The translations under genes were made by a program, and so were the position numbers. A model generated the notes under the pieces. The model had not been told where the DNA came from. It searched no databases and saw only the letters and a list, made by a program, of their open reading frames with translations. A stretch of DNA of 64,000 bases from Octopus sinensis (taxonomy: Eukaryota): contig NC_043023.1 in assembly GCF_006345805.1 (NCBI RefSeq), forward strand, positions 21,204,001 through 21,268,000, written 5' to 3'. This document shows, one piece after another, positions 1 through 13,251 of the stretch. Positions within the stretch are counted from its first letter, which is position 1; each line of letters starts with the position of its first letter.

Positions 1-689
1 CGTGCATAACCGGGTGGTGGACTAGCGTTGCTTGGAATGTGAATGGAATAGTGTAGTAGTGAGGTAGGCATAGAGAATGGGATTGGGTTACTGCAAGTTG
101 TTTGTTAGAGCTGCTAAGCTGAGTTAAAGCTCATAAATGTATTTAATGATTTTTGTGGGTGTGTAAGTATTGTTGTATATGTCGAGTTTAGTGAGTATGT
201 ATATGCGTATATGTGAGGGAGTATATGTATCTGTTGTGTGTGCGTGTTTTGCGTGTGTGTGTGTGTTTGTGTGTGAATGTGTATATGGGTTTGTTATTTA
301 GGTTTTGGGATGTATGTGTTAATTTGTCTGTGTGGGGAGGGAGTGGGTTTTGGTGTATATTGAGGTTTATAAGTTAGTATAGGTATGTGTATAAGTCGTG
401 GGTCTGTGGTTTACGTGTGTGTATTTGTGTGTGAATGTTTAGGTTAGGGGGATTACTATATAGGTTTGTTTTAGAATTTAGCAAAGGGAGATTTTATCGT
501 TATATGTTTTTAAGAGTTTTGTTTTATCATGGTTTTTTTTAGGGAATTCGTGGTAATTTGTCTATATTTTCGATATGGATTATATATAGGTTATATATGG
601 ATTATATACTTATATTTTTTCATTTATACTTTAATTATTTAAAATTATTATTTTTATATTTTAAAATTTTGATTTTTTAGATTGGAAGT

Positions 690-732
690 CCACCTGAAGA
701 TTGTCGATCAAGACAAGAAACGATTGTAGTGG
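690..732 (+). ncRNA. Minimal type-I hammerhead ribozyme (Penelope-like-element type)
   Basis: ccac-CTGAAGA-ttgtc(gatcaa)gacaa-GAAAC-gatt-GTA^gtgg: stem I ccac/gtgg, core CUGANGA and GAAA, stem II ttgtc/gacaa, very short stem III with near-palindromic ACGATTGT, NUH = GUA. Confidence 0.7.
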
Positions 733-825
733 CGGTTTTTTTGACTATTTATTAAAATTTTATGTATTGATTAAGTCTTTCCTTGTTTGCTTTGCAAAAT
801 AGTGGTTTTGTCTCTAATAATATTT

Positions 826-857
<32 letters not shown>

Positions 858-1088
858 TATAATTAATCAATATAGGGTGGCAAAAAAAATTTTGTAGAAT
901 TCCTTTTGCCACCAGCGGCCTAGTGGGAAAAAATTAAATAGTCACAGACCATTTTTAAGTTCAACATCAACAATCAAGGAACGGCCATAATAGGCCATTC
1001 ACCCACTAGAAATAACAGCCAAAGCTTCAACCGCAAATAAAGATTAATTCCGTAAACAGGAGAAAATTTAAAAAACATTTACCCTGTA

Positions 1089-1195
1089 ATTTCTTGTACG
1101 ATGTACCGTTTCATCTGCTGTTTAATGGTAAACTAACCTGATTAAATTAAATCAAGCCAATCTTCCATAGGCCCTCAGATTCTTCAGCAAGAAAT
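1089..1195 (-). ncRNA. Type-I hammerhead ribozyme, copy 1
   Basis: Minus strand: atttcttg-CTGAAGA-atctg...(long hairpin)...cagat-GAAAC-ggtacatc-GTA^caagaaat. 8-bp stem I, extended stem II, stem III ACG/CGT; predicted cleavage between 1097 and 1096. Confidence 0.88.
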
Positions 1196-1579
1196 AGCCA
1201 AGTCGGAACAGATATTTTCACGAGGCATTTCCGACCCTGCCAAGGCAATATCTGACCTAAAATTTTCAAATCGTCGCACTCGCGCCAAATTTATCGGCAG
1301 CAAATAAATATAAGCCGCCGATTCCATTACGGAATTAACCAGAAAATCCATAATTAATCAATATAGGGTGGCAAAAAAAATTTTGTAGAATTCCTTTTGC
1401 CACCAGCGGCCTAGTGGGAAAAAATTAAATAGTCACAGACCATTTTTAAGTTCAACATCAACAATCAAGGAACGGCCATAATAGGCCATTCACCCACTAG
1501 AAATAACAGCCAAAGCTTCAACCGCAAATAAAGATTAATTCCGTAAACAGGAGAAAATTTAAAAAACATTTACCCTGTA

Positions 1580-1686
1580 ATTTCTTGTACGATGTACCGT
1601 TTCATCTGCTGTTTAATGGTAAACTAACCTGATTAAATTAAATCAAGCCAATCTTCCATAGGCCCTCAGATTCTTCAGCAAGAAAT
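1580..1686 (-). ncRNA. Type-I hammerhead ribozyme, copy 2
   Basis: Same sequence as copy 1, 491 bp away; predicted cleavage between 1588 and 1587. Confidence 0.88.
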
Positions 1687-2123
1687 AGCCAAGTCGGAAC
1701 AGATATTTTCACGAGGCATTTCCGACCCTGCCAAGGCAATATCTGACCTAAAATTTTCAAATCGTCGCACTCGCGCCAAATTTATCGGCAGCAAATAAAT
1801 ATAAGCCGCCGATTCCATTACGGAATTAACAGAAAATCCATAATTAATCAATATAGGGTGGCAAAAAAAATTTTGTAGAATTCCTTTTGCCACCAGCGAC
1901 CTAGTGGGAAAAAATTAAATAGTCACAGACCATTTTTAAGTTCAACATCAACAATCAAGGAACGGCCATAATAGGCCATTCACCCACTAGAAATAACAGC
2001 CAAAGCTTCAACCGCAAATAAAGATTAATTCCGTAAACAGTGCGACGATTTGAAAATTTTAGGTCAGATATTGCCTTGGCAGGGTCGGAAATGCCTCGTG
2101 AAAATATCTGTTCCGACTTGGCT

Positions 2124-2230
2124 ATTTCTTGCTGAAGAATCTGAGGGCCTATGGAAGATTGGCTTGATTTAATTTAATCAGGTTAGTTTACCATTAAACA
2201 GCAGATGAAACGGTACATCGTACAAGAAAT
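2124..2230 (+). ncRNA. Type-I hammerhead ribozyme, copy 3 (inverted arm)
   Basis: atttcttg 2124-2131, CTGAAGA 2132-2138, atctg/cagat stem II, GAAAC 2207-2211, GTA 2220-2222, caagaaat 2223-2230. Confidence 0.88.
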
Positions 2231-2350
2231 TACAGGGTAAATGTTTTTTAAAATTTTCTCCTGTTTACGGAATTAATCTTTATTTGCGGTTGAAGCTTTG
2301 GCTGTTATTTCTAGTGGGTGAATGGCCTATTATGGTCGTTCCTTGATTGT

Positions 2351-2383
<33 letters not shown>

Positions 2384-2390
<7 letters not shown>

Positions 2391-3018
2391 AATGCTGGAC
2401 ATAACAAGCATCGGATGTGGCAGGCAAGAAAGATGTTTGCGCTGGTATAGTCATGTTCTCCGGATGGATGAGAAGAGATGTGCGAAAAAGTGCCACTCCC
2501 AAACAGTTGAAGGAATCCGGGGTAGAGGTAGACCCAGGAAGACATGGAATGAGGTGATTAAGCATGACCTTCGAGCGTTGGGCCTCACAGAGGCAATGAC
2601 GAAAGACCGAGACATCTGGAGATATGCTGTAACTGCGATGACCCGACAAATAACGTGAGGCTGTTTCCTGCAGCAGCTTCACATAACAGCCCCAACCCAT
2701 CGGAAATACCTTGGATCGCAGGACGGCCTGCTGTGGTTACCTTGGATCGTGGGGTGACCTGCTGTGCTTGAGGAGACCTATTGAGTCAAGTACATCAACA
2801 TCAAATGGAAATTGTAGTTCTGATACCCGCGCCAATGGCACTTTCAAAACACCATCTCAACGTGACTGATGCCACCGCCGTCTTGACTGGCTTCCGTGCT
2901 GGGGGCACATAAAAAACACCATTCGATCGTGGCCGTTGCCAGCCTCCTGGCTTCCCAGACCCCGGTCGAACCGTCCAACCCATGCTAGCATGGAAAACGG
3001 ACGTTAAACGATGATGAT
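2384..3018 (+). mobile_element. RTE-clade LINE 3' fragment
   Basis: Peptide LRWYSHVLRMDEKR...GRGRPRKTWNEVIKHDL...DRDIWR (RTE RT C-terminus), followed by a 3' UTR ending ACGTTAAACGATGATGAT, like the long copy at 41186-44590. Confidence 0.9.
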
Positions 3019-3330
3019 ATATATATTTATATACATATATATATATATATATATACACACATACATTTCTGTGTGTATGTATGTGGTATGTATGTACGTA
3101 CGTACGTATGTATGTATTATGTATGTATGTATGTACGTGTATGTGTGTATGTATGTACGTACGTAAATATGTACGTATGTATGTATGTATATATGTGTGT
3201 ATGTATATATGTATTATGCATGTATTACGTATGTATGTATGTATGTATGTATGTACGTATGTACGTCTGTATATACGTATGTATGTACGTATGTATGTAT
3301 GTATGTGTGTGTGTGTGCGTGCGTGTATAG
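3019..3330. repeat. (TA)n/(TATG)n/(TG)n microsatellite complex
   Basis: Direct inspection; source of the spurious YVCM/HTYI ORFs. Confidence 0.95.
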
Positions 3331-3759
3331 TGGCTTTGTGTGTATGTCTGTCGTTTACGTTTATCTCCATGTGACTTAGCGGTTCGCTATAAGAGGCCAA
3401 TAAAATCTACCAGACAGAAGTAAGAAATAACTTGTGTCAATTTCTTAGATTACAATTCTTCAATGCGGTGCCCCAGCGTGGCCGCAGTCTAGTAACTGAA
3501 AAATGTGAAAAAAACTACAAAATTCCTCAGTAACACCTTAAGCTAAGGGACGTAACTCTTGTACCTCCCACTGTGGCTTCAACTGCTAGAAATAGCAGCC
3601 AAAATGGTTTTAAGCCAGATCCCAATGCTGGATCGTCAAGAACCAAATGTAGAGCAGAGTTTCAATCCTGGGATCATCCTGATTCCAAAAAGGTAGAATA
3701 TGTCTATGTAGACTGAGGGACAGGGGTCACAGGCACATGGGAATTTCGCTTTTATTAAT

Positions 3760-4410
3760 GTGGCGAGCTGGCAGAAACGTTAGCACGCCGGGCGAAATGC
3801 TTAGCAGTATTTCGTCTGCCGTTACGTTCTGGGTTCAAATTCCGCCGAGGTCGACTTTGCCTTTCATCCTTTCGGGGCCCATTAAATAAGTACCAGTTAC
3901 GCACTGGGCTCGATATAATCGACTTAATATGTTTGTCTGTCCTTGCTTGTTCCCTCTGTGTTTAGCCCCTTGTGGGTACTAAAGAAATAGGTATTTCGTC
4001 TGCCGTTACGTTCTGAGTTCAAATTCCTTTCATCCTTTCAGGGTCGATAAATTAAGTACCAGTTACGCACTGGGCTCGATATAATCGACTTAATCCGCTT
4101 TTCTGTCCTTGTTTGTCCCGTCTGTGTTTAGCCTCTTGTGGGCAGTAAAGAAATAGGTATTTCGTCTGCCGTTACATTCTGGTTTCAAATTCCACCGATG
4201 TCGACTTTGCCTTTCATCCTTCCGAGGTCCATAAAATATGTACCAGTTATGCACTGGGGTCGATATAAACGACTTAATCCGTTTGTCTGTCCTTGTTTGT
4301 CTCCTCTGTGTTTAGCCCCTTGTGGGTAGTAAAGAAATAGGTATTTCGTCTGCCGTTACGTTCTGAGTTCAAATTCCGCCGAGGTCGACTTTGCCTTTCA
4401 TCCTTTCGGA
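3760..4410 (+). mobile_element. tRNA-derived SINE cluster with tandemly repeated body (Meta-domain-like core)
   Basis: Head GGCGAGCTGGCAGAAACGTTAGC...GGTTCAAATTCC and core GCCTTTCATCCTTTCGGGGTCGATAAA-AAGTACCAG repeated about four times. Confidence 0.8.
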
Positions 4411-4435
4411 TGTTATAATATAACACATTCACCGG

Positions 4436-4524
<89 letters not shown>

Positions 4525-4739
4525 AAGACGCAACGAAAATTTTAGGACAATAAAAATAAGAAAAAAGTGGGAATTTTACCGGTGAGTGTTTTACATAATA
4601 AGGCACAAAACGAAAAGGATTCTCTCCAGAAACAACAGAATTATTGAACTTAAGTATTACAACAACCAAAAAATAGAAATACATTTTCTTATGCGAATAT
4701 AGTGTTGCGTTGACAATTTCAATTCAAAGTTTTTATTCA

Positions 4740-5272
4740 TTCTGCAAATCTTGTTCGTTGATCCCATGCTAAAAACGTCCTAACAGACATTGGTTTGAGT
4801 TTTACCTGTAGGGGTGAAAATGATAAAATTGTCTTTGCTCCCCACTCTGGAACCCCAGCATATGTCTTTGTAAAAAAACAACCCTTCTCTAATTGCAAAG
4901 CAGTAACTTTGAAAGTCTGATCTTGGTACTTATCAATGGACATCGCAAGAGACTGACGTATTGGAAATTGAAGTCGTTTGAATTCGATGCGAATATTTGA
5001 AGGTATTAAAATTAAGTGAGGCATAAATATATCTTCACCTTTTCCAAAGACAAAAATTATTGTGGCTTCTATGATATTTCTCGTTAATTTCTTCACAACA
5101 ATTCTTGTACCACTGCACAGCTTCGGTTGGGAAAAAGGTCTGCAGAGGCATGATTGGAGCGCTCATTTTCAATGGAAGGCAACGAGGGGGAGCTCGTTGT
5201 GGATCCAGTGAGTTTAAGAACTCAACCAGATAATGGGCAAATCCCATGTCTTCAACAACAGAGTTTACAGAT
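4740..5272 (-). pseudogene. Helitron Rep/Hel PIF1-like helicase C-terminal fragment, disrupted
   Basis: Frameshifted peptides VEFLNSLDP..PP..LPLK..APIM and KKLTRNIIEATII..GKGEDIF..IPS..EFKRLQFPIRQSLAMSIDKYQDQT, typical of Helitron helicase motifs IV-V. Confidence 0.85.
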
Positions 5273-5525
5273 TTGTGGCGAACTGGCAGAATCGTTAGCA
5301 CGCCGGGCGAAATGCTTTGCCGTATTTCTTTTGTCGTTACGTTGTGAGTTCGGGGACGTAAACATACCAGCATCGGTTGTCAAGCGATGTTGGGGGGACA
5401 AACACAGGCACACACATATACAAATACGACAGGCTTCTTTCAGTTTCCGTCTGGTCTGGGGATCGAAACCGCGAGTCCGCTGCCCTAACCACTGGGCCAT
5501 TGCGTCTCCACACACACACACATAT

Positions 5526-5680
<155 letters not shown>

Positions 5681-6199
5681 CACATATCGTACGCTTCTTT
5701 CACTGACCATCTCTGAAACCCACAAACAGGTATTTGGTTATGGCAAAAAAAAACGGAAAAAAATCGCTCTAGGTGTCACGCAGTGGAACTGAACCTGAAA
5801 TCTCTATCACACAGTCACACCTATATCTATAAAGCTTGTCTATGTGTGTGTATAGACAGATAATTCGACTGAATGTTAAGGTGTCGGACGATGTCAGGCA
5901 GAGAGATTATGACGTCATAAGGAAAAATTGATTTAAAATGAGTGTTAGTCATTTTCACCTCTTTTCTTCTTCTCTCTCTCTCTCTCTCTCTCTCACCCCA
6001 AACCTTTCTTCGCTCAGTCTTTCTTTTCCGTAACCCTCCCCTTCTCACTCTATCTCGCTCTCGCTCACTTTCTCTCTTTCTTTCCCCCTCTCTCTCTTTC
6101 TCTTCGTTTATGTCTGTGCTTATGTAGGCTTGTGTTGTTGCCTGCTACTTATGTAGGACCTCAGAAATGTAGGAATATACACATTTCTCGTCTTTATGC

Positions 6200-6317
<118 letters not shown>

Positions 6318-6685
6318 GTCTATCTATCTATCTATCTATTTGTATATATACATATATGTGAGCGAGTAGAGAGAGAGAGAGAGAGAGAGGGAGAGAGTGA
6401 AAGAGAGAGAGAGAGAGAAATATAACTCTAGATACAGGTACATATAAATGCTGTCATCAGCATGGCCGTAGCTCTGGGCTGAAACTTTAACATATATATA
6501 TATATATAATATATATATATATAAAGATAATAATAATAATAATAATAATAATGATAATAATAATATAATAATAATGATGATGATGATAATAATAAAATAA
6601 TAATAATAATAATAATAATGATAATAATAACAACAACATTGAAAAATACCTTAGGAATGTGAACTCAGGTTTCAAATTCCCCCAA

Positions 6686-6731
6686 GACACCTGAAGAAGG
6701 CTGGAGGGTATATCAGCCGAAATGTTGTGTT
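6686..6731 (+). ncRNA. Minimal hammerhead ribozyme, one core substitution
   Basis: gacac-CTGAAGA-a-ggctg(loop)cagcc-GAAAt-GTT^gtgtt. GAAAC>GAAAT at a CpG; the ancestral AACGTT palindrome would allow a dimeric fold. Confidence 0.55.
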
Positions 6732-6814
6732 AACAACAAACCAGATGAGGACAAATATCCGTCAAATGTAAATGATGTAAATAATGGAGAGTACGTAGTT
6801 GATTCTAAGAAAAG

Positions 6815-7465
6815 TGAGCCAAGCTTGTTTAATCAAGAAGATTTGAATGATTTAGTAAAAGACCTACCATTGTCAAAGGAGAAGGCAGAAGTTTTGGGAT
6901 CCAGACTACAGCAACGGAATCTCCAACAGTAAGGTGCGAAAATTTCTATTTTCCATTCTCGCCATGAAGGCTTATCTGTCTTTTTCAAGCAAGAAAATAA
7001 TGCTTGTTTCTGCACTAACGTTAATGCACTTATGCAAAAACTACGACAAGTGTATGTGACTAACGAATGGAGAATGTTTAAAGACTCGAGTAAGGTTAGC
7101 CTCGAAGCTGTGCTGTTACATAATGGTAATGAAAAACCTTCCATTCCTGTGGGTCATGCTATCGGTATGGAAGAAACTTATGAATCGATGGAACTCATTC
7201 TGAAAGGAGTTAATTACTCAGTTCATAAGTGAAATATTTCTGGTGATTTAAAGATGATTTTCCTCCTCCTAGGACTGCAGCTGGAATACATAAAAAATAT
7301 GCACTTCTTGTATTTTTGGAACAGTCGTGATGACAGCAACCATTGCACTGTAAAAGACTGCTCTAAAAGAGATGAGCGCATAATTGGTCCCTACAATGTG
7401 CAGCATGTGCCGCTGGTAAACCCAGAAAAAAATCTTCCTTCCATACCTTCACATCAAACAACGCC
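6815..7465 (+). pseudogene. DNA transposase fragment (Chapaev3/CMC-like), disrupted
   Basis: FNQEDLNDLVKDLPLSKEKAEVLGSRL, EWRMFKDSSKVSLEAVLLHNGNEKPSIPVGHA..ETYESM, GDLKMIFLLLGLQ..FLYFWNSRD with in-frame stops. Superfamily assignment is from recall of similar transposases. Confidence 0.7.
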
Positions 7466-7992
7466 ACACGATGCAACTTAGCGGTTCAGCAAAAGACACC
7501 GATAGAATGAGTACTAGGCTTACAAAGAATAAGTCCTGGGGTAGATTTGCTCGACTAAAGGTGGTGCACCAGCATGGCCGCAGTCAAACGACTGAAAAAA
7601 GTGAGAGATTAAAAGAGCAAATAGTGCCAAAAGTGTATATTCTTTAATTAAGGGAGATAACTAAAAAATAACATCTTAGTCATATAAAACCGACGTGACA
7701 GTTTCGAATTGAAACGGGCTCGTTTTTCGCTTGCGAAGGGGACACGAGCATTGGCGCACCAACAGACACACATACGCATGCAAGCTTCCTGCTGATACCT
7801 TTAACAAATAAACATTGACTAGCTTATATTTTACATTTAATTACACGCCACAACTATATAAAGTAATAACAATATCTAGTACAAACCTTTGGACTTGATC
7901 AGGTGATTATTTTGTTTTAGATAGTATATATGCGTGTGTGGGTATATACACCTATATATGTATGTATTTATGTATGTATGTATGTACGTATG

Positions 7993-8048
<56 letters not shown>

Positions 8049-8051
<3 letters not shown>

Positions 8052-9635
8052 AATTGTATCTTTGTGGTACCAGTGACGGTGGCACACAAGAAAACCACCC
8101 GAACGTGGCCGTAGCCAGTACCGCATCGACTGGCCTCCGTGCTGTGGGCACAACAAACACCATCCGATCGTGGCCGTTCGCCAGCCTCATCTTGCACCTG
8201 TGTCGGTGGCACATAAAAACACCATCCGAAGACCCGGCGACGTAGTCAGTCCACCTGTGCATACCTTCCTTCTTATGACACTTGTGAAGACCTGTTGAGG
8301 CAAGTGTGTGACACTTGTGAAGACCTGTTGAGGCAGAGGCAAGTGTGTGACACTTGTGAAGACCTGTTGAGGCAGAGGCAAGTGTGTGACACTTGTGAAG
8401 ACCTGTTGAGGCAAGTGAAAATCAAACCAAATCAAAATAGATGAACATCAATGGAATTTGTATCTTTGTGGTACCAGTATCGGTGGCACACAAGAAAACC
8501 ATCCGAACGTGGCTGTAGCCAGTACCGCATCGACTGGCCTCCGTGCTGTGGGCACATAACAAACGCCATCCGATCGTGGCCGTTCGCCAGCCTCATCTGG
8601 CACCTGTCCGAAGACCCGGCAAGACTAGTCAGGCCATAGCCCGTGGCCCCTTCCTGGGATGTAGTCAGTCCACCTGTGCATACCTTCCATCTTATGACAC
8701 TTGTGAAGTCCTGTTGAGGCAAGTGCTAATCTAATCAAATCAAATGACACTTGTGAAGACCTGTTGAGGCAAGTGATAATCATAATCATAATCAAATCAA
8801 ATCAAAACAAATCAAAATAGATGAACATCAATGGAATTTGTATCTTTGTGGTACCAATGCCGGTGGCACACAAGAAAACCATCCGAACGTGGTGGTAGCC
8901 AGTACCACATCGACTGGCCTCCGTGCTGTGGGCACGTAACAAACACCATCCGATCGTGGCCGTTCGCCAGCCTCATCTGGCACCTGTGTTGGTGGCACAT
9001 AAAAACACCATCCAAAGACCCGGCAAGACTAGTCAGGCCATAACCCGTGGCCCCTACCTGGGACGTAGTCAGTCCACCTGTGCATACCTTCCTTCTTATG
9101 ACACTTGTGAAGACCTGTTGAGGCAAGTGAAAATCAAACCAAATCAAAATAGATGAACATCAATGGAATTTGTATCTTTATGGTACCAGTGCCGGTGGCA
9201 CACAAGAAAACCATCCGAACGTGGCCGTAGCCAGTACCGCATCGACTGGCCTCCGTGCTGTGGGCACGTAACAAACACCATCCGATCGTGGCCGTTCGCC
9301 AGCCTCATCTGGCACTTGTGTCGGTGGCACATAAAAACACCATCCGAGCGTGGCCGTCTGCCAGCCTCGTCTGGCACCTGTGTCGGTGGCACATAAAAAC
9401 ACCATTTGAGCGTGGCCGTTCGCCAGCCTCGTCTGGCACCTGTGTCGGTGGCACATAAAATCACCCACTACACTCTCGGAGTGGTTGGCGTTAGGAAGGG
9501 CATCCAGCTGTAGAAACACTGCCAGATATGACTGGCCTGGTGCAGCCTTCGGGCTCCCCAGACTCCAGTTGAACCGTCCAACCCATGCTAGCATGGAAAG
9601 CGGACGTTAAATGATGATGATGATGATGATGATGA
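8049..9635 (+). repeat. Tandem array of RTE-LINE 3'-UTR-derived units ending in (GAT)n
   Basis: Units of ~330-400 bp restarting at ATGGAATTTGTATCTTTGTGGTACC (8048, 8451, 8831, 9163) with internal 37-bp and ~60-bp subrepeats. The terminal part resembles the RTE 3' end (GTCCAACCCATGCTAGCATGGAAA..CGTTAAATGATGAT). Confidence 0.8.
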
Positions 9636-10033
9636 TATATATATATATATATATATAAAGATAGATAGATATAGATATATATAATGATAGATATAGACAT
9701 ATATAAAGGTATATATATATATATAGATATATATATATATATAAAGATATATATACATATATATATATATAAAGATATATATACATATATATATATATAA
9801 AGATATATATACATATATATATATATAAAGATATATATACATATATATACATATATATATATATATATAATATATATATACATATATATATATATATAAT
9901 ATAAAGATATATATACATATATATATATATATAAGATATATATACATATACATATATATATATAAAGATATATATACATATACATATATATAAAGATATA
10001 TATACATATACATATATATAAAGATATATATAC

Positions 10034-10095
<62 letters not shown>

Positions 10096-10196
10096 CATAC
10101 ATATATATATACATACATACATATATATATACATACATATATATATACATACATACATATATATACATATATATATATATATATACATATATATAT

Positions 10197-10231
<35 letters not shown>

Positions 10232-10331
10232 TACATATATATATATATATATAAAGATATATATATACATATACATATATATATATAAGATATATATACA
10301 TATATATATATATTAAAGATATATATATATA

Positions 10332-10370
<39 letters not shown>

Positions 10371-10430
10371 CATATAATATATATATATATCATATATATA
10401 TATATACATACATAATATATACATACATAC

Positions 10431-10461
<31 letters not shown>

Positions 10462-10494
10462 CATACATATATATATATATTATATATATACATA

Positions 10495-10543
<49 letters not shown>

Positions 10544-10550
10544 CATATAT
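9635..10550. repeat. ~900-bp (TA)n-rich microsatellite
   Basis: Direct inspection. Confidence 0.95.
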
Positions 10551-10729
10551 GGTTGTATGCTGGGGCACCGACTTTTGTCGAGTAAATCGACCAGAGGACC
10601 TATTCTTTCTAAACCTAGTACTTATTCTATCGGTCTCCTTTGCCGAACCGCTAAGTTACAGGGACGTAAACACACCAGCATTGGTTGTGGAACTATGCTG
10701 GGCGGACAAACACAGACACAGAAACATAC

Positions 10730-10778
<49 letters not shown>

Positions 10779-10940
10779 TATATACGACGGGCTTCCTTCT
10801 GTTTCCGTGTACAAAATCCACTGACAAAGCTTTGGTCGGTCCGAGGCTATGGTAGAAAACATTTGCCCATGGTGCCATGTAGTGGGATTGAACCTGGAAT
10901 CATGTGGTTGGTAAGCGAGCTACTTCCCCTACAGACACTC
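10550..10940 (-). mobile_element. tRNA-derived SINE (same family as 30931, 50847, 62798)
   Basis: Reverse complement matches GGAGTG..GGTAAGTAGCTTGCTTACCAACCACATG..GGTTCAGTCCCACT..GCACCTTGGGCAAG..GGATTTGGTAGACGGAAAC, with internal microsatellite. Confidence 0.85.
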
Positions 10941-13251
10941 CTGTTTGTTAACCTGACAACAAGTTGAAGGTGAGCTCTGACTGGTTGTATGCAAATGAGT
11001 TCATTAATGGGATCCGGAACACTCGTGGCTGGGTCACATGAGACGATGCGACCACCTTGGGTATGGGTGGACTGTGCTCAAACACCCACCCGTCCTATCA
11101 CCCACACATATAGATACATGCAAAGACGCACACTCGTAGCTATTTATGCTTTAAAAATGTTGACCATAAAACTGTGACATTCTGAAGAAAGTGTATGAGT
11201 GTGTGTGTGTGTGCTTTCATTTCTGCTTCGCTGAATTTGTGAAAGAGCGACGGGGAACTTGTTGACATCGATGAGAATTTTCGTATATTGCCTCTTTTTT
11301 TTTTCCTTTTGTCAGTCATTGAATTGTGGCCATGCTGGGTTACCGCCTTGCAGGATTTTTAGTCGAACCAATTGACCTCATTAAAGTACATTTTTTCAGC
11401 CTGGTAAGTATCCGCTCAGTTTATATATATATATACATACACAGTCCTTAAATCGTAGTCTTCGTTTCTGCTGGGGGCTCTCTCCATACAGAAGTTTAGC
11501 ATATAGCATCTGTTTAAGGATCCTCTGATCATTAACCTAAAGAAAATGTCCAGTCCATCATTATTCTCTGTGCTTTTATAATTTGACAAATTCAACCTCT
11601 CTTCTCTGGGCAACATATTTTCCTTTTGATGCTTTTAAAATATGAAAATTACTTTGACAGTCATTGACCAAAACAAGACGAATATCTCCGTCAGTAAAGG
11701 AATTTGTCTGGGGTCACCAAAGTTTGAAGTTACTCTTTTTAGTTTTATAAAGTCACTAAAAGTCTTACGTTTTCTCAATTTATAGAAAACTAACACTTAT
11801 ATAAATGAGTTTATTGCTACGCATTAAATGTTAAACTAAATTTGCTCCAGCTGGTCTATATAAACAGTAACCTATAGCTTTGGACAGCTTTATTTTTTTG
11901 TTGTGTATTTACATTGCATATAATGTGTGAAAAGCATTTCTCCCCAAGTTATCCAAGAAAAAAATCAGAAACTTATGTTATCAATTTATTTGGAATAATT
12001 TTGTACAAAGTTTGATACAAAATAATTTTGTTGTGTCTGGGGAGAGTCATTCTCTTTTAGTGCCTTATTATTTAACACACTCACCGGTAAAATTTCGGTT
12101 TGCTTTAAAAGTAATTATCAATTTCTGAATAAAGTTTATTTTTATCTAATTTAAATATCTTGATTATTTAATTTAAAAACAATCAGGTTTGTTCACTTCT
12201 ATCACAAAAGAATCCAATAAAAAGTGGAGAATACTTATGAGTCTTCCTTTCCAATTCCACAAAAGTCTGCTCGGTAGAGCTTCCTGTCACATCTTATAAT
12301 GTACATAAAGGTCTCATGTATTTTACTTATTTAATCTTGGTCTCTGCTGTAAGAACTTGAAATCTAATTTCAAATTAAAATAACATGTAATAACAGTGGA
12401 GTAATATGAAGGTAAATATTGTAGGGAAGAATTGTACTCTTCCTTTATCTGAAGTTACTTAAAAAGAGGGAGACACTGTGGCTTTTCCACAATCACATGC
12501 AATTAAAACAACAAATGTTGTGTCATTATTTTATTATCTCACAATTTTTCAGCACAGCTATTGTTTAATTTTAATTTGTTTGATTTATTTTCATATGTAT
12601 AATAGTGAAGTTTATTTTTACTGACGAAAATTGCAGTCATTAGTAAATAACGAAGGTCATAAAGTAAGAATATAAAATTAAAATATTGTATATTGCACTC
12701 AAAACCCCTGAATTTTTATTCAACCACCGCCACTTTGGAGAGGCCTGTCTTAAACCACAACAGGACAAAGTGAGATATATCCTTAGATACATCATGTATT
12801 ATATAGAAATACTATCTCTATAGGATATATAAAGGGAAAAGACATCAATATATATATACCAGGCATTCTACTCTCAGCTAAAAATGAAGGTAGATAACTA
12901 TCAATATAGGAGAAGATATTAAAGCTGTCTATATAACAATATAGGGATGGGATTAGATATACAACAACAGCAACAACAATAAATGAACATTTCAAACTTT
13001 GTCTTTATTTTAAAAGTGAATTTTTAACAAAGGAGCAAAACCAGTGATGGGATCACAATGTGGTTGATATACCTGCTAGAATTAGTAGCTAAATTCACAC
13101 GATATCACTGTACAGAAGGGCATATTGGACGAGATGGTTGTGGGTTCTCTTTGGAAATAGGCATGATGGTCCTGGCTGGAATGCGTTTGATCAAAAGACT
13201 CTGTTTGGTCAAGGTTAATCTGAAGCTAAACAACAACAGTTACATGGAAAT

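Larger units (their letters stand above)
860..2353. mobile_element. Hammerhead-containing tandem + inverted non-coding element (non-LTR retrozyme / Penelope pLTR-like), ~491-bp monomer
   Basis: Near-identical units start at 860, 1351 and 1841 (third partial, to 2040). They are followed by an inverted copy (2041-~2353 = reverse complement of ~966-1278). Flanked on both sides by (TA)n. Each full unit carries a hammerhead; no credible ORF. Confidence 0.8.

Noticed and set aside
1675-1893. 72-aa ORF in the 491-bp repeat
   Set aside because: Depends on a 1-bp indel specific to one unit, has no recognisable domain and overlaps the ribozyme; treated as non-coding.
8275-8415. Short direct repeats TGACACTTGTGAAGACCTGTTGAGGCA resembling a CRISPR array
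   Set aside because: No unique spacers, no cas genes, eukaryotic context; these are slippage repeats in an RTE 3' UTR.
9491-10568. Long ORFs (225-326 aa) of YI/YICI repeats, and similar ORFs at 2801-3400, 5252-5725, 49698-50025, 60681-61091
   Set aside because: Translations of (TA)n/(TG)n microsatellites that simply lack stop codons.
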